Assembly (NCBI GenBank): GCA_965223845.1
Contig: CBDCXR010000004.1
Coordinates: 1,152,001-1,216,000, forward strand
Source of the DNA: Planctomycetota bacterium
Lineage (GTDB): Bacteria; Planctomycetota; UBA8108; SXIK01
Reading direction: 5' to 3'
DNA length: 64,000 nucleotides
Below, in pieces: positions 51,935 to 61,013 of the stretch. The notes under the pieces were generated by a model. The model ran no database searches and was not told the origin of the DNA. It was given only the letters and a program-made list of their open reading frames with translations. Each line of letters begins with the position of its first letter. Position 1 is the stretch's first letter. The translations under genes were made by a program, and so were the position numbers.

Positions 51935-53500
51935 CTACGCCTGAGAGTCGTCTCCGTTCGTGCTCAAGCGAAGCGGTCGGGCCCCCCTGACGGCGACCAC
52001 CAGCGCCGAGCGCTTCGGAAGGACGAGGCGGAGCTCGCTCGACGAGCGATCGAGCGAAGCGGCGGCGCCGCCGTAGCTGAGCTTCGCATCGATGTCGACT
52101 CGGCCGCCGTGCGCTACTTCGAGAGGGATCGCTGCGCGCGTTCGCCGCCGCGTACCCGCCTCGACGGCGACGACTAGGTGGCAGTCGCCGAGGGTGCGTA
52201 CGAAGATCATCCGTCGATCGCGGGCATCGAGGATCGCACAGGATCCCCGGCGCAGGGCCGGCTCGTCGCGGCGAAGTCGAATCGCCGAGCGGAACAGCTC
52301 GCGCGTCTCCGAGTGCCAAGCGGTTTCGTCCCACGGGAAGGCGCCGCGGCAGCCCGGGTCGGCGCGTCCTTCGAGCCCGATCTCGTCGCCGTAGTAGACG
52401 CACGGGGCGCCGGGAAGCGCGAAGAGGAGAATCGCCGCGAGGTGAACGCTCGCGTGATCGCCGCGGACGAGAGTGAGCGCGCGTTCCGTGTCGTGGCTTC
52501 CGAGGAGATTCAGGTGCGCGTGAAGCGCCGCGGCGGGATACGCCCGGCTCTGGTCGACGAGGAGGTCGCGCATTCCCTCGCCGTCGATCGATTCGAGCGT
52601 GTATCCGCCCGGCTGCGCGCGTCGGTCGAGTCGTCGCGCCGTGAAGCCGATGAGGGAGCGCGCGAGCGGATAGTTCATCACGCCGTCGAAGCGATCGCCG
52701 CGCACCCACTCGGGCGCAGCCGTCCAGATCTCTCCGACGAGGTAGGCGTCGCTCCGAACCGCCCGGACCCGCCGGCGAAACTCGGGCCAAAACGTCGGTT
52801 CATCGACCTCTTCGGGTACGTCGAGACGCCACCCGTCGACTCCGAACTCCGTCCAGTGCTCCGCGGCGCGGAGTACGTGCTCGCGCGCCGGCCGATGCCG
52901 GAGATCGAGCTTCGGGAGGGCCCGCATTCCCCACCACGCTTCGTAGTTCGGCTTTCCGCGCCGCGCGTAGGCGTTGACGGGCCAATCGTGGATGCGAAAC
53001 CAATCGGAGTACGGCGAGTCCGAGCCGTTCTCGAGCGCGTGATGGAACGGCCAGAAGCCACGCCCCACGTGATTGAATACGCCATCGATCACGACCCGGA
53101 TTCCGCGCGCGTGCGCGGACGCGAGAAGCTCGGCGAGCGCCTCCTCTCCACCTAGGAGGGGATCGACACGGAAGTAGTCGTAGGTGTGGTAGCGATGGTT
53201 GCTCGCCGATGCGAAGATCGGATTCAGGTAGAGCGCGTTCACTCCGAGATCGGTGAGGTAGTCGAGATGCTCGACGATGCCGAAGAGGTCGCCGCCCTTG
53301 AATCCGTGGACGGTCGGTGGGGCGTCCCACGCCTCGAGCGGGCCCGGGCTCGGCGCGCGACCGCTCGACGCGAATCGATCGGGGAAGATCTGATAGACGA
53401 CTGCGTCGGCGACCCAATCCGGGACGTCCGGAGTCGAGTCGGTCGGCGGCGCGTCGGCGGCCCGAGAAATGTGATCGACCTGAGTTTCGATAGGGTCCAA
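51935..53500 (-). CDS. GH13 alpha-amylase / neopullulanase / cyclomaltodextrinase
   Basis: 'YQIFPDRF', 'GGDLFGI', 'SNHRYHTYDY', 'DGVFNH', catalytic 'GWRLDVP', 'GEIW', 'GSHDT'. Confidence 0.92.
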   Translation of the reverse strand: MDPIETQVDHISRAADAPPTDSTPDVPDWVADAVVYQIFPDRFASSGRAPSPGPLEAWDAPPTVHGFKGGDLFGIVEHLDYLTDLGVNALYLNPIFASASNHRYHTYDYFRVDPLLGGEEALAELLASAHARGIRVVIDGVFNHVGRGFWPFHHALENGSDSPYSDWFRIHDWPVNAYARRGKPNYEAWWGMRALPKLDLRHRPAREHVLRAAEHWTEFGVDGWRLDVPEEVDEPTFWPEFRRRVRAVRSDAYLVGEIWTAAPEWVRGDRFDGVMNYPLARSLIGFTARRLDRRAQPGGYTLESIDGEGMRDLLVDQSRAYPAAALHAHLNLLGSHDTERALTLVRGDHASVHLAAILLFALPGAPCVYYGDEIGLEGRADPGCRGAFPWDETAWHSETRELFRSAIRLRRDEPALRRGSCAILDARDRRMIFVRTLGDCHLVVAVEAGTRRRTRAAIPLEVAHGGRVDIDAKLSYGGAAASLDRSSSELRLVLPKRSALVVAVRGARPLRLSTNGDDSQA

Positions 53501-53650
53501 CGGCGGAGCTCGCGTTTAGTGAAGCCGACAGTCGGTGCGGCAACAGGTACCCGAGCGAGCTTGAGGACGCCAGTGGAAATCACCGAGAGGAACTCTGTCG
53601 TCGCCGCGACTCGCGCGCGATCAGGCACCGCACTTCGGACGAAGGGATTC

Positions 53651-54118
53651 GTGCGTCTCGTGTTTGCTGCTGCCGCTTTCGTCCTCGGAGGGGGCTGTTC
53701 GCCGACCGAAGAGCGACCGACGACGCATCGCGTGCGCCAACGGGCGCCGGAGGAGGTGGCGCTCCGCGAGAAGTTCGTCGCCGATCACCCCGAGCTTCCC
53801 GCGAGCTTGCGCGAGCAAGTACTCGCGTTCACGATCGCTCCGTCCGACGCCCTTCGTCGGTACCAGTTCGTCGTGAACCGCTCCGACCTCGACTCGCGAC
53901 TCCGCCGGCGAGTTCTCGCTGGGCAGGTCGGAATCGGTATGACGCGCGAGGTCGTCGCCGCGTCGTGGGGCGAGCCGCGCGCGGTCCGCCAGAGGGGCGC
54001 GGGGGAGTCGGCGGTCGAGGAGTGGGAGTACCCCCTTCCGGGGAGCCATGCGGGTGGTGTCTTGAAGCTCATTTTTGCGGGTGAGGAGCGACGTCTCGTC
54101 CGCATCGAGAGCGAGTAG
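53651..54118 (+). CDS. Hypothetical lipoprotein (BamE/SmpA-like C-terminal motif)
   Basis: GTG 53651; lipobox-like 'VLGGGC'; 'VGIGMTREVVAASWGEP...EEWEY'. Confidence 0.55.
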   Translation: MRLVFAAAAFVLGGGCSPTEERPTTHRVRQRAPEEVALREKFVADHPELPASLREQVLAFTIAPSDALRRYQFVVNRSDLDSRLRRRVLAGQVGIGMTREVVAASWGEPRAVRQRGAGESAVEEWEYPLPGSHAGGVLKLIFAGEERRLVRIESE

Positions 54119-54180
54119 ACTCGGAAGGGAGTTCGGATCGGGGTTCCCGGGGCCGCGCCGTCGCCGAGCTTTCGGACGAC

Positions 54181-54189
54181 TGGTATACT
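54181..54189 (+). promoter_or_regulatory. Putative extended -10 promoter upstream of DAHP synthase
   Basis: TG-g-TATACT at 54181-54189 in the 335-bp gap before ATG 54454. Confidence 0.45.
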
Positions 54190-54453
54190 CGCCCGTTGTG
54201 CTCCGTCACGTCGGGCGCCCGACGGCCGGAGCTGAGCGAGCCGGAGCAAGAAGCGGAGACCGCCCGGAAGCGGCTCTCCCGGTCGGGCTCGTTGTCGCGA
54301 GTCGACGGCGGTGCCTCTCGAGTCGACGGTCGTTCGCGTCGCGATGGATCCCTGGATTCCTCGCGCTCGATCTTCGAATCAGCTCCTGCGTAGACTCCTC
54401 CCCGAACACCCGCCGCACGTTCTCCTGGCGGACATCGATCGAGCAACGACCCT

Positions 54454-55821
54454 ATGAGTAAGACCGCGGCGGAGACCTCTCGGCGCGCCGGCGATTGGTC
54501 GCCGATTTCCTGGCAGACGAAGACGGTCAAGCAGCATCCGACCTACGCGGATTCTGCCGAGCTCGATCGCGTGCTGCGCCAGCTTTCGCGGCTTCCGCCG
54601 CTCGTATCGAGCTGGGAGGTCGAGAACCTGAAGTCGCAGCTCGCGGGAGCTGCGCGCGGCGAACGTTTCCTCCTGCAAGGGGGGGACTGTTCGGAGAATC
54701 TCTACGACTGCGAGTCGAGCGCGATCGCGAGCAAGCTGAAGATCCTTCTTCAGATGAGTCTCGTTCTCGTCCACGGAATCCGTCGCCGTGTGATCCGCGT
54801 CGGCCGGTTCGCGGGGCAATACGCGAAGCCGCGCTCGAGCGATGTCGAAACGCGCGATGGGGTGACGCTGCCGTCCTACCGCGGTGACCTCATCAACGCT
54901 CCGAACTTCACGCCGGAGTCGCGAGAGCCCGATCCCCATCGCCTCCTCCGCGGGTACGAACGATCCGCGCTCACGCTCAACTTCGTGCGCTCGCTCGTCG
55001 ACGGTGGATTCGCCGACCTTCACCACCCCGAGTATTGGGATCTCGGCTTCGTCGAGTGCTCGCCCCAGGCGAGCGAGTACCAGAGGCGGGTCGAGTCGAT
55101 CGGCGAGTCGCTCCGGTTCATGGAAACGCTCGCGGGAATGGAGGCGGGGCAGATCGGTCGCGCGGAGTTTTACGCGAGTCACGAAGGTCTCCACCTCTAC
55201 TACGAGCAGGCGCAGACGCGTCAGGTGCCCCGGAGAACCGGGTGGTACGATCTCTCGACGCACATGCCGTGGATCGGCGATCGGACGCGCGACCTCGAGA
55301 GCGCGCACGTCGAGTTCTTCCGCGGCATCGAGAACCCGATCGGGGTCAAGGTGGGGCCGTCGATGGATCCGGCGGAGCTCACCGAGCTCATCGCGATTCT
55401 CGATCCCAAGAACGAGCCAGGTCGTCTCACTCTGATCCATCGCTTCGGGGCGGACGGGATCGAGGAGCACCTGCCTCCGCTCGTCGACGCCGTGCGCGCC
55501 GCCGGCCGGAGCGTCGTCTGGTGTTGCGATCCGATGCACGGGAATACCCAGTCGACTGCGGCCGGCGTGAAGACGCGGGACTTCAGCAAGATCCTGCTCG
55601 AGCTCGAGCGCGCGCTCGCGATTCACGTCGAGTGCGGCTCGCGCCTCGGCGGAGTGCACTTCGAGCTCACCGGCGAGAACGTGACGGAATGCACGGGCGG
55701 AGCGCGGGGGCTGACGGAGAGCGATCTTCGGAAGGACTACCGCTCGCAGGTCGACCCCCGTCTCAACTACGAGCAGGCGCTCGAAATGGCGATGCTCCTC
55801 GCGAAGCGGATGGAAGCCTAA
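54454..55821 (+). CDS. 3-deoxy-7-phosphoheptulonate (DAHP) synthase, class II
   Basis: 'LLQGGDCSE', 'GRFAGQYAKPRS', 'SYRGD', 'WIGDRTR', 'CDPMHGNT', 'GGVHFELTG..VTEC', 'DPRLN'. Confidence 0.95.
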   Translation: MSKTAAETSRRAGDWSPISWQTKTVKQHPTYADSAELDRVLRQLSRLPPLVSSWEVENLKSQLAGAARGERFLLQGGDCSENLYDCESSAIASKLKILLQMSLVLVHGIRRRVIRVGRFAGQYAKPRSSDVETRDGVTLPSYRGDLINAPNFTPESREPDPHRLLRGYERSALTLNFVRSLVDGGFADLHHPEYWDLGFVECSPQASEYQRRVESIGESLRFMETLAGMEAGQIGRAEFYASHEGLHLYYEQAQTRQVPRRTGWYDLSTHMPWIGDRTRDLESAHVEFFRGIENPIGVKVGPSMDPAELTELIAILDPKNEPGRLTLIHRFGADGIEEHLPPLVDAVRAAGRSVVWCCDPMHGNTQSTAAGVKTRDFSKILLELERALAIHVECGSRLGGVHFELTGENVTECTGGARGLTESDLRKDYRSQVDPRLNYEQALEMAMLLAKRMEA

Positions 55822-56263
55822 CCCGCGCGGGCCGAGCCCTCGGCACTCGACGCCTGAGCATCGAGAGTGCTGCGAACGCTTCCCGTCCCTGCGGCGCGGT
55901 CTCTCGTCGCTGCTTCCACCGCAGCGGGCGATCACATTGGGCGAAGGCGAGCGCGCTCCCGGGCCGAGTCTTCTCGTTGGGCGAAGTGTGTTCGAACGAA
56001 ACACTTCCCGCGACGCATCGAGCCGGCTCCCGTACCGACGCAGGTTCCCACCGGGCCGCGGCTTGGGACGAATCCTCGGCCGTTCGCCAGCTTCGGAACG
56101 CGTTTTGCAACGTGGGCTCGAAGAGGAGCAAGGCCCCAGGTGATGCTCGTTCCGCCCGTGGGAAGGAGGGACTGACGCTTGTGCTGGGAGTCGCGCTCCT
56201 CGTTTTTTTATGGCACTGATGGCGTCGCGCGCGTTTCGCCATCGCTCGCTCCGCCGCGCCCGG

Positions 56264-56298
56264 TTGTCCGATGTAGAGGGTGCGCGTACAATCCGCGC
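56264..56298 (+). promoter_or_regulatory. Putative sigma70 promoter of proS
   Basis: TTGTCC (56264-56269), 17-nt spacer, TACAAT (56287-56292), discriminator CCGCGC. Confidence 0.6.
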
Positions 56299-56354
56299 CT
56301 CGATCGAAGCGGAGTCGCTATTCGGCTCACCGAGCGGCAGCGGAGCGACGGCTC

Positions 56355-57875
56355 ATGGCCAAGAAGGCAAAGAACGCGATCTCGCCGACGCGCGAGGAAG
56401 ACTATCCCGAGTGGTATCAACAGGTCATCCGCGCGGCGGAGCTCGCGGAAGTCTCGCCCGTCCGCGGCTGCATGGTGATCAAGCCCTGGGGATACACGCT
56501 CTGGGAAAACATGCAGCGCGTCCTCGACGGGATGTTCAAGGCGACGGGCCACGAGAACGCGTACTTTCCGCTCTTCATTCCGATGAGCTATCTCGAGAAG
56601 GAGGCGGAGCACGTCGAGGGGTTCGCGAAGGAGTGCGCCGTCGTCACTCATCATCGGCTCGAACCGGGTCCGGAAGGAGGGCTCGTACCTGCGGGCGAGC
56701 TCGACGAGCCGCTCATCGTTCGTCCGACGAGCGAGACGATCATCGGCGCCACCTACTCGAAGTGGGTTCAGTCCTACCGCGATCTGCCGATCCTCATCAA
56801 TCAGTGGGCGAACGTCGTCCGCTGGGAGATGCGGACGCGTCTCTTCCTTCGCACGGCCGAGTTTCTCTGGCAAGAGGGACACACCGTTCACGCGACCAAG
56901 GAGGAAGCCGTCGAAGAGACCCTGCGCATCCTCGATCTCTACGCCGATTTCGCCGAGAGCTACATGGCGATGCCGGTGATCAAGGGGGAGAAGACCCCGG
57001 ATGAGCGCTTTCCGGGTGCCGTCGACACCTACACGATCGAAGCGATGATGCAGGACCGAAAGGCGCTCCAAGCGGGGACCTCGCACTTTCTCGGGCAGAA
57101 CTTCTCGCGGGCGTCGGAAATCAAGTTCCTCGATCAAAACGGTAAAGAAGTCTACGCCTGGACGACCTCTTGGGGAGTGTCGACGCGCCTGATCGGCGGC
57201 CTCCTGATGACCCACAGCGACGACGACGGACTCGTCCTCCCGCCGCGCCTCGCGCCTCGGCACGTCGTGATTCTTCCGATCTACCGCTCGGACGACGAGC
57301 GGTCGACCGTGCTCGAGTTCTGCGCTCGCCTCGAGCGCGAGCTCGCCGACACCGAGTACGACGGCCGACCCGTCCAAGTCATGACGGACGACCGCGATCT
57401 TCGCGGCGGGGAGAAGGCGTGGCAGCACATCAAGAAGGGGGTGCCGATCCGTCTCGAGATCGGACCGCGGGACGTCGCGGGAGACTCGGTCTTTCTCGGT
57501 CGGCGCGATCTTTCCCCAAAAGAGAAATCCGGCGTACCGCGCGCGGAGTTCGTCGCGAACGTCGTGCGGATCCTCACCGAGATTCAAGACGGACTCTACG
57601 CGCGAGCGAAGGCCCGCCGCGAGGACGTCACCCGGACGATCGATGACGCCGGCGAGTTCGAGGAGTTCTTCACTCCGAAAAACGCAGAGAAGCCGGAGAC
57701 CCACGGCGGCTTCGCGCTCTCCCACTGGGCCGACGACCCAAAGGGCGCGGAAGTGCTGAAACGCCTCAAGGTGAGCGCCCGGTGCATTCCGCTCGACGGC
57801 GCGGAGGAAGACGGCCGCTGCATCTTCAGCGGCAAACCGAGCCGGCGACGGATCGTGTTCGGGAAGGCGTACTGA
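56355..57875 (+). CDS. proS: Proline--tRNA ligase (archaeal/eukaryote-like type)
   Basis: 'HVEGFAKEC', 'VRPTSETII', 'NQWANVVRWE', 'EFLWQEGH', 'QAGTSHFLGQNF', 'TSWGVSTR', C-terminal 'FGKAY'. Confidence 0.97.
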   Translation: MAKKAKNAISPTREEDYPEWYQQVIRAAELAEVSPVRGCMVIKPWGYTLWENMQRVLDGMFKATGHENAYFPLFIPMSYLEKEAEHVEGFAKECAVVTHHRLEPGPEGGLVPAGELDEPLIVRPTSETIIGATYSKWVQSYRDLPILINQWANVVRWEMRTRLFLRTAEFLWQEGHTVHATKEEAVEETLRILDLYADFAESYMAMPVIKGEKTPDERFPGAVDTYTIEAMMQDRKALQAGTSHFLGQNFSRASEIKFLDQNGKEVYAWTTSWGVSTRLIGGLLMTHSDDDGLVLPPRLAPRHVVILPIYRSDDERSTVLEFCARLERELADTEYDGRPVQVMTDDRDLRGGEKAWQHIKKGVPIRLEIGPRDVAGDSVFLGRRDLSPKEKSGVPRAEFVANVVRILTEIQDGLYARAKARREDVTRTIDDAGEFEEFFTPKNAEKPETHGGFALSHWADDPKGAEVLKRLKVSARCIPLDGAEEDGRCIFSGKPSRRRIVFGKAY

Positions 57876-57961
57876 AGCGCAGGAAGAAGTTCATCCGCGC
57901 GATGGACTCTGACGCGGCTTCTCGCTCGTCGTCTGCCTTCGCGGCCTTCGCGTAGACCTAT

Positions 57962-59881
57962 TCATCGCCGGCCGAGCGCCGAGATCGTCTCGAGCTCGAA
58001 CTCCGCGAGCAGCCCAAAGCAAAACGCCTCCGGCTGCTGGTTGACCGCCCAGTTGCGATCGATGATTTCGCGCAGGCTCCCGAGCGGCTCGCGGACATCG
58101 AGGCGGTCGATCGCGTCGCGCTCGAGCGCCGCGGCGACGGTCGCGATGAGGCTCGCGCGAGGTCCGATTGCAGAGACGCGGACCGGCTCGCCGGGGTAAC
58201 GGGTTTTCAGCCAGCGAGCCGTCGCGCCGACCTGGCTCGCTTGAATGCCGAGCGGACGCTCGCCCACCGAGCTGACGAGGATCGCGTAGAGGAAATCGCG
58301 GGATGTGATCTTCGATTCGCCGAAATAGAAGGGATCGATCGCGAGAACTCGCTTTTCCGCACCGATGATCGATTTCGCGGCTTCGGCGACGGTCTCGTCG
58401 CCGCGACCGCGATCCGCGAGGACGATCACCGTCTCGCGCGCTACCGAGCCCACCGCGGAGAGTTCGGTCGCGGGCACGGTCCATTCGCCGCCCATCTGGA
58501 GTCGCCAGCGCTTGGCGCGGACTCCGTCGCCGTTCGTGCCTCCTATGTCCGTCGCCGCGACTTCGTATCTCTTCGCGCGCGTGAGCGCCCAGAGTCGCTC
58601 GCGCGCCGCCGCGATCGCCGCCGGAGAGTCGAGTGAGCGTTTCGTCGCGGGTAGGGTACCAGCGATCTTCTGAGCGAGCCGATGGAAGTCGGCATTGTCG
58701 TCGGGAATGTCGACGTGGAGCTCTTCGGCGCTCAGCACTTCCGCGGCGGCGTTCCCCTCCGCCGAGTCGAACGACTCTCCATCCGAGACGAGATAATCCC
58801 GAATCGCCGCCCCGAATGCACGGCGGTTGTCGAGATCGAAATTGTGCGTCCCGGGGTCGTCGTTCACGTGCGACCGGAGCCGGTCCGCGACGCCGTAGAG
58901 CGCGTAGATCGGCTCCGCCGCTTCGAGGAGCGGCGCGAGGGCGTGGTCCGCGCGAAAGCAGCACTGATCCTTCGCGTTGTACGTGAGAAGCGTCGGCCGC
59001 GGCGCGCGAAGCGCAGTGAGATGCGTGTAGTCGGCGATCGCGGCGAGATCGCTCGGGGTCTGCTCCGAGTCTCCGAGATCCGACGGGAAGTGGACGCGCG
59101 TCCGGTAGCTCGAGTAACCAGCCACCGGGTTCGCGAGCGTAACGCGTTCGTCGAGAGCGGAGATGACGATCGTCTGCCACCCGCCGCCCGAGAGACCGGC
59201 TACGGCGACTCGGTCGGGATCCGCGTTCGGGTGTTCGAGAAGGATGTCGAGTCCTCGCGTCATGGAGAGATAGAAGGGGGCGAGGCCACTCGTTCCGCAG
59301 AGGTCGAGCTGGTTCATTCGGTAGTGATTGAACCCGTCCGATCGCAGTTGACCCATGCCGAGCCACTCGACATTCAGCGCGATCAGCCCCTGCTTCGCCT
59401 GGTGGATGCAGCGGATCTGCTTGTACGGTGCCGCCTTACCCTTCCCGTCGTGGCCGTTCACGTTGAGAACGACCGGAACCTTCGCGCGCAACTCTCTCGG
59501 CTCGTAGAGGAGAGCCGGAACCCAGAGTCCGGGTACGGCCTCGAAGCGAAGCCTGCGGATGCGGTAGTCGGAGAACTTCTCGATCGATTCGAGCCAGACG
59601 ACGCGCGTCGGCTGCTGCGCCCAAGCGCGCGCGTCACCGCGAAGAACGACGCGGTCGAGGACATCGCGACGGATTCTTCGCGCGTGGGACTCCCACTCCT
59701 CGATCGAGCCGACATCGGGAAGGCGAGCGACGCGCGCTTCACAGAATGACTGCACCTCGGCGAGAGGCAGCTCAGCGGGGATGACGCGTTCGCGGAGGTG
59801 ATCGCTCACGTCCCCCTCGGCGGTCGTCATTCCGGTAGTCAGGAGAGTGGCGATGAGCGCGATCGACGATGAGGTCTTCAT
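57962..59881 (-). CDS. Secreted acetylxylan-esterase-like alpha/beta hydrolase (two-domain)
   Basis: ATG 59881, signal peptide; 'VPALLYEP', 'VNGH', nucleophile elbow 'AGLSGGGWQT', 'DSEQ', 'RAPRPTL', 'PGTHNF'. Confidence 0.8.
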   Translation of the reverse strand: MKTSSSIALIATLLTTGMTTAEGDVSDHLRERVIPAELPLAEVQSFCEARVARLPDVGSIEEWESHARRIRRDVLDRVVLRGDARAWAQQPTRVVWLESIEKFSDYRIRRLRFEAVPGLWVPALLYEPRELRAKVPVVLNVNGHDGKGKAAPYKQIRCIHQAKQGLIALNVEWLGMGQLRSDGFNHYRMNQLDLCGTSGLAPFYLSMTRGLDILLEHPNADPDRVAVAGLSGGGWQTIVISALDERVTLANPVAGYSSYRTRVHFPSDLGDSEQTPSDLAAIADYTHLTALRAPRPTLLTYNAKDQCCFRADHALAPLLEAAEPIYALYGVADRLRSHVNDDPGTHNFDLDNRRAFGAAIRDYLVSDGESFDSAEGNAAAEVLSAEELHVDIPDDNADFHRLAQKIAGTLPATKRSLDSPAAIAAARERLWALTRAKRYEVAATDIGGTNGDGVRAKRWRLQMGGEWTVPATELSAVGSVARETVIVLADRGRGDETVAEAAKSIIGAEKRVLAIDPFYFGESKITSRDFLYAILVSSVGERPLGIQASQVGATARWLKTRYPGEPVRVSAIGPRASLIATVAAALERDAIDRLDVREPLGSLREIIDRNWAVNQQPEAFCFGLLAEFELETISALGRR

Positions 59882-60066
59882 GGGTTCTCTCAAATGAGCT
59901 CGACTCGACGCCTCGGAGCGGACGAGTTCGAGCGAGACCTCGAACTCGCCGTTCTGTTCCGCACCCCGGCGCTCCATTCGAACAGCTTGACACGAAAGAA
60001 TTCCCGGGGACATGATCTTCGGGCTAATCTCCGTGGCTCCGCACCGTTCCGACTCGAGAGAGGACC

Positions 60067-60843
60067 ATGACAGAGCAGTATCTCGCCGGCAAGGTCGCCC
60101 TCGTCACGGGCGCAGGAGCGGGTATCGGCCGCGGCTGCGCCCTCGAGTTTGCTCGAGCCGGCGCGGATCTCGTTCTCAACGATCGGCCGGGAGAGACATC
60201 GCTCGACGACACCGCCCGAGCCGTTCGGGAATTCGGCCGCGAGTGTACGACGATCGCCGCCGACGTTTTCGGTCGTGCGGGTTGCGAGAAGGTCGTCGCC
60301 GCCGCGTTTGCCTGGAGGACGGTCGACATTCTCCTCAGCAATCCCGCGCTCAATCCGCGACGACCATTCCTCGACTACGACCCGGACGAGTTTGAGCGCG
60401 CCGTCCAGGCGACCCTCTGCGGCGGGTTTCACGCTAGCCAGCTCTTTGCGCGTGAGCGCGTCGCCCGCGGCGGCGGCGGCGCGATTCTGTTCATTTCGAG
60501 TGTTCACGCTCACACGCCGTACGGTGAAGCGGTCGCGTACAACGCGGCGAAAGCCGGGCTCAACCATATGATGCGGACGATCGCGGGCGAGTTGTGCGAG
60601 CATCGCATCCGCGCGAACGCGATCGAGCCCGGTTGGATCGACACTCCGGGAGAGCACCGATCGTTCGGCCGCGACGCGATCGATCGCGAGGGCCCCCGGC
60701 TTCCTTGGGGACGCATCGGGACTCCCGAGGACATCGGCAAGGCGGCCGTCTATTTGGCCTCCGATGCGGCCGACTACGTGACGGGAAGCGTACTCCGCGT
60801 CGATGGAGCCTACGTGCTCAAGGACTCGATCCACGAACAGTGA
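60067..60843 (+). CDS. Short-chain dehydrogenase/reductase (SDR)
   Basis: AGAGGA RBS; 'ALVTGAGAGIGRG', 'ISSVH', 'YNAAK', 'NAIEPGWIDTP', 'VDG'. Confidence 0.93.
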   Translation: MTEQYLAGKVALVTGAGAGIGRGCALEFARAGADLVLNDRPGETSLDDTARAVREFGRECTTIAADVFGRAGCEKVVAAAFAWRTVDILLSNPALNPRRPFLDYDPDEFERAVQATLCGGFHASQLFARERVARGGGGAILFISSVHAHTPYGEAVAYNAAKAGLNHMMRTIAGELCEHRIRANAIEPGWIDTPGEHRSFGRDAIDREGPRLPWGRIGTPEDIGKAAVYLASDAADYVTGSVLRVDGAYVLKDSIHEQ

Positions 60844-61013
60844 CGCGACTCCGCGAGATCGAGTTTCGCGAACGGGCGAACCGTCACCGTACGAAACAAC
60901 CGGAAACGACCGAACCGCGACGCGAATCGCGGCCTCGGGTATCATGTTCGGCGATTCGTCCCCGCCCGGTCGGGCGGAGCACTCGATCTCCTCGCACGAG
61001 TGAATGGAGACCC

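Noticed and set aside
54196-54393. 65-aa ORF as an attenuator leader peptide for DAHP synthase
   Set aside because: It has no run of Trp/Phe/Tyr codons, no RBS and no terminator U-tract.
55822-56354. T-box riboswitch upstream of proS (or thrS)
   Set aside because: No T-box consensus (AAnnnGGTGGnACCrCG) is visible, and the predicted promoters lie only about 60-75 nt from the start codons.
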